Shown here: positions 59,369 to 64,000 of the stretch, one piece after another
How the letters are laid out: the number at the start of each line of letters is the position of its first letter
Numbering within the stretch: position 1 is the stretch's first letter
From: Phallusia mammillata
Taxonomy: Eukaryota
Reading direction: 5' to 3'
DNA length: 64,000 nucleotides
Assembly: GCA_965637545.1 (NCBI GenBank)
Contig: OZ281496.1
Location: 6,882,001 to 6,946,000 of the forward strand
Program-made: the position numbers and the translations under genes
Notes under the pieces: generated by a model
Told to the model about the DNA's origin: nothing
The model's input: the letters and a program-made list of their open reading frames with translations, nothing else
Databases searched by the model: none

Positions 59369-62300
59369 ATGAGAAAGTTGATATTTCAGCTTTTTCTTGC
59401 TTGCTGTTTTCTGGAAATAAAAGGTTGGTGCTTTTGTAATTTATAGTTGCGTGAAATTTGGCGTCCGAAAACCAGTCTGCATAATGTTCACAAATTATAG
59501 TATGCTTACTACTTTAAGTGGTTATACCTTACTGTTAACTACATAAAACGAAACACTTAAAAAATTCAAATCAAAATCTGTTTTATAAAACAGATAAAAA
59601 TATCGACTTCGCTTTATTTTTAGTGCTGTTTGTTACGTTGATTGTGGATGTTACACTAAAACATCTTCTGATAATTCGTTTTGTTGCTACCACGCAAATG
59701 GTTTACATCAAGAAGTTAAAGTTGTGATTGTTTTGATTTTCAGGGTACAAGATAATTTACTGCACAACTGAGACTTCATTTCCAAAAACTACATCATCTT
59801 TACTTACAACACTGATACACATTGTTTTAACAGGCTACTCCAATGAGCGTTCGAACGGCAATTCTATTGACAGGAATGGCAATTACAAAGATAGTTATGC
59901 AATCGAAAACATCTTTGAATCGACAAAGAAGGGCAAGAACAAAATTTTATTTTGCATGTTATGCGCCAGATGCACTTATTTAGGGTTTAATTGAAACAAC
60001 AATCTGATATCTAAAACTATTGAAGCGGTAAAAATAATATTCTTCCAAAATGTGTGCTTTGAGGTTTACTGCAAAACTGCTAGCATTTTTTAAGGTTATG
60101 ATGGCGCGCTTTTGGCGAAAAAAAATTGTTTATTTGATTTTTTTCAAACAAATCAGTTTGATTTGTTTAATTATGCGAAAGAAAGTTTCATTGAATTTTT
60201 ATGTTATTTTAACGTCCAATTTTGCTTGTACTTTTAGAATGTTGCTACTCGTATTACCCCAAGGCATGTTACGATCCATCAGAAAATGGAATAATTCGAG
60301 ACGGTAAACTATTTATTGCATTCTGAAGAAAACCGTTTATTCTTCACAGCAGAAAACATACTTTAAAAATGTACAGTGTTTAAATCGGTTGTCTGGTTAC
60401 AAAAAAGAAGGGTTGCATTGAGGTTTTAAACCGTGCAAATCTGAAAAAACTGTTGTACCGTTAGGTGGCTACACTATCCCATATAGCCAATGTTTTGTCA
60501 CGGTCGGAACAGTGTTCACTTTCTGCATGTTCACAATTATATTCACAATTATAATTTTCACAATTATACCTACAGAGGAGTGTTAACTATTTTAAGTAAT
60601 AACTTTTTTACCTCAACTTTTGGTTTGTTTGGTCAAAACCTTGTTTTTCTCATGTAATTGAACAAATCGTTTATCTATTTTTTAGCTTTTAAAGTTTTAG
60701 GACAAACTCTGCACATTTTTGTTCAGACGGTTAAAAAATACAAATTGTTGCTTTTAGGAGAAGATCATCAGTGCAAACTTAAAGATATAAACATTTGGAA
60801 GTCTGTGAATAAAACACTTTATTACAAATTCAAAATCGCTGAATACTGGACAGAAGAAAAAAGTAAGAGTATTAATTCTAACTTAATGATCTTTGTTCAC
60901 AGGTTGCGTTTGAGGCTGGGAACACTTTTTAGTCAAAATGGAAATCTTTAGCAGTCTGGTTCATATCTGTTAAAAAATCTAAAATTTAATGTTAAAATTC
61001 AACTTTTTTCCTTTTTCACTAAAAATAGGTAATTTTAGGTAGATGCAAATTACTTCCACAACACAGTTTCTTGCATTTAACACTGATGGTAACAAAACCG
61101 AAGTAGGGTCTTTACGACTCATTAGCATTAACAAGTTACTGCAAAGCACCGTTTTGCACAGGGTATTGATTAACTTAAGTACTCATTAGATTGTTGAGTT
61201 GAATTATATTTGTGATGTGAATAAAAACATTGCGATACAATTGCACTTAAACAACCACTGGGGCGGAAATATCCACCCACGGTTAAAACATTATTGCGCC
61301 AAAAACAAAGGGCACAATTTGTGGAATATCTTTTGTTTTGTAAACGTCAACACATTGTTGATTTTAAGCCTTTTTACTGATCAAAAATCGTTATTTTGAT
61401 TATTTATATGGCATGTTGTGTTTGTAGATGGAAACCTAATTATGAACTTTCACGTGAGCCCATGTGACAGTGAGGAGAGCGCAACGATTGCAGGTAAAAT
61501 CCAGTTTCCAGCATCATGTACGAAGCGTGTAAACGGAAATGTAAAACTGCAGTTTTTTCTTCAGAATGCCCAAGTTTCAGAGTTACAATGGAAATTCAGA
61601 GTGTTTCAAGAAACACAGATGCAATCAAGGTAGAAATTTTTGACTACTTGCGATATTTGTAATTCAAACTAGCTTTGTGCAGAAAATATTTCTTATTTCG
61701 AGTTAAGCTGTTATAAAAACGCACTCTTAACAACCCGTTCTACAACGACATATATACTTGAAAAAACTGCTTTTGGTTTGAGGAAAGTCAGCTCTGCTTC
61801 AATATACTTGTGTTCCAATGTAAAAAAGTACATAGTTATAACTTACCAACAATGTGTTTAGGCGACCCCATTAACCACTCCAAACGAAGTGCATTTATCG
61901 AGCCACTGATAGGAAGTACCATCGTTTGCAATGGTTAGTTACATGTATTACATGTCAGTTACATGTGACATTTAACCTGTAAGATTGCACTATTACATTC
62001 TTGTGAACACTAGTAGTAAAAAGGCCGCAAGCATTCATTGCTTTTGGGTTTATATTGCTGGTTATATAAAAGTTTGCTTCAGAAAAAAACAGTAGTTTTA
62101 GACCTTTTAAAATATGTATTCACAGACGTTTGCCCTACCTTCGTGATAAATTATCGTACCAATTGACAATGCTGCGTGTCAATTTTGAGTAAAAACTCTT
62201 TAGTGATTAGTCAAATGATAACAAAGGGCGATGATTCGTCTCCCGACGCAACCATACACTAAAACTGTGTTAAAACATTTTTTGACCACTGCCGCAAGCC

Positions 62301-64000
62301 GCTGTTACATTAACGAAAATCGAAAAAAAAAACTTCGTTTTTTGTTCTTTAAACTATTTTTATGTTTGTGGTTTAGATGCAGAAACGGGAACAGAATACA
62401 ATGGTAAGTGCAATTTCTCTACCACACTCTTATTCCCATTTGAATAATATTTTGTGCCTGATTTGTTCCTTGCAGTTGAATTCATAAACCTTTTGGAAAT
62501 AAACTGATCTATCCCGGTTTTTCTGAGCACTTTTACTCCAAAATATACACACAATGTCAAAGCAAAATTAATATTTGGGCATACCAAATGTAATTAACAA
62601 AACATTTAAACTCTCAAAGTATTTTCCAATGCTGCTCGCTACTCCCGCCCAAATCGCTTCACGAACCTCTAAAGGGAGTTTCAGACCCGTTACCTCATTG
62701 GCTTTGAGTTGCATGTTAGCAAATTTGTGTGACCCAACTTGGAGAACGCTAGTCTTCGCAAACTTTACTTTGGGATTCGAATTTTACTTGCTGAGCTTTC
62801 ATTAGTGTTTTTAAACTTGTGGTTGTGTTCCTATACATTTCCCCCACATGTCAGATATGAAGATAAGTTTAATATTCTGTGCAGGACCCAGGTGCGGACC
62901 AGGAATTGGCCTTTGGAAAACAAACTGCTTTGATAACTGCACCAAGTTCATTCGTAAGTAGCTAGTTTGTTCATAAACTGTCCGGAAGTAATATTGACTC
63001 GTCTACGTTTGACATGTGTAAGTTTTATTGCTCACAACCTCTTATCTTGTTGTTTCGTACGAGGGCGAAGCGAAACGAGATGACGTTATTGGTTCTGTGC
63101 AAATTATTTATTTCGTGATATTGTTCCTGACCCATATTTTCATTTCCTTTCGGTTTGACCGAAATAAGTTTACGACGTTTTTCTTCAGTAATTCGGCGAA
63201 ATTTGTCAGCATTTTTTTCATGTTAAATGCGCAGGTCGAAAAAAAGGAATAGTGAACAACGCTATTTCTTTTCGGTATTTAAGCCAAAATGATGATTTAA
63301 AATAATGATAGTTATAAATAATTATTTATTTCGTTTCCATGTGCCGCTCCGTTCCGTTATGAAACGCACTTTGATGCAGAAGTTTCAATTGTAATCAATA
63401 ATGCAGCCCTTTTCATACATTTTGTTCCTAGGATTGCGACTACTCTTTATTGACGAAAATATTATTACATATTATCATAAAAAATCTTCTACATGAGGAC
63501 TTTACTAATTTATATTCACACCTTGTGGACATATACAGTATTTACCTTGGAAGCAAACGCATCTTTAAAGGAAAGTAGACTCGAAACACAACTACAGAAC
63601 AATTTACCATTTTTGAAACACAAAACATTTACTGTTTTTGACAAAGGGAATCGGGTGAACTTCGGGTGAATCAAAAATAGCGATTAATTTCAATTTTGAT
63701 AGCTGTGAAAACGAAACATTTTAAACGCCAGTTATACCTGCTTGTAAGCGGCTCCTAAATTTATTACCTGAATCTGAAAGTACAGAACTGCACCAAACCA
63801 GACAATTTTTAAAAACAATGACCGAATTAAGCCCTTGAGTTATATTGACTATAGTAGAATTATAACAAAACTTTTCAGCTTTAAATCATACTAAAACACG
63901 ACCTGTCTTACTAGGCGATTTGAATAAATATCTAATATAAGTGAGCTGCGGACAGTGTAGGGTAAATTGATCACGATTGAAGGTCTAATCAGTGTAGCTG
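59369..64000 (+). pseudogene. Adhesion GPCR copy B, N-terminal exons only (gene continues past the window); one frameshifted exon
   Basis: Signal-peptide exon 59369-59423 (MRKLIFQLFLACCFLEIK); homologous exons at 59744-59932, ~60238, ~60757, ~61427, 61565-61629 (65 nt vs 66 in A), ~61861, ~62377, 62885. Confidence 0.75.

Larger units (their letters stand above)
53745..64000 (+). repeat. Segmental duplication copy B (lacks the 10-kb TE stack)
   Basis: At ~55520-55545, sequence matching A 10040-10095 joins directly to sequence matching A 20140-20200. Confidence 0.92.

Overview
AT-rich, intron-containing animal DNA; small introns and an intelectin family suggest an invertebrate chordate such as an ascidian (inference). 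Four things dominate the window. (1) A duplicated cassette: copy A at ~8.3-31.9 kb and copy B at ~53.7-64 kb (runs off the window). Each holds a small Tyr-motif membrane-protein gene, decayed intelectin-type fibrinogen-like exons, and an adhesion GPCR whose ectodomain is built from symmetric phase-1 mini-exons. Further intelectin pseudogene copies lie at ~2.2-6.5 kb and ~45.1-45.8 kb. (2) A ~10-kb nested transposon stack found only in copy A: an I-group (Ingi/Vingi-like) LINE 5' fragment, a Penelope-like GIY-YIG fragment, a hAT MITE, and a full-length Bel/Pao LTR retrotransposon (10931-19437, intact 2125-aa polyprotein, ATTGG TSD). The Bel/Pao element has no tRNA-type PBS; the PBS position instead carries 10 nt complementary to its own LTR, as in self-priming elements. 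(3) Four single-coding-exon C2H2 zinc-finger genes with no effector domain (38-52 kb); two sit directly behind Penelope pseudo-LTR sequence and two behind a five-copy TATA/E-box cassette. (4) hAT MITEs with clean 8-bp TSDs, a decayed hAT transposase and fold-back hairpins. No rRNA, tRNA or CRISPR was found. All similarity calls are by-eye motif recognition, not database searches.
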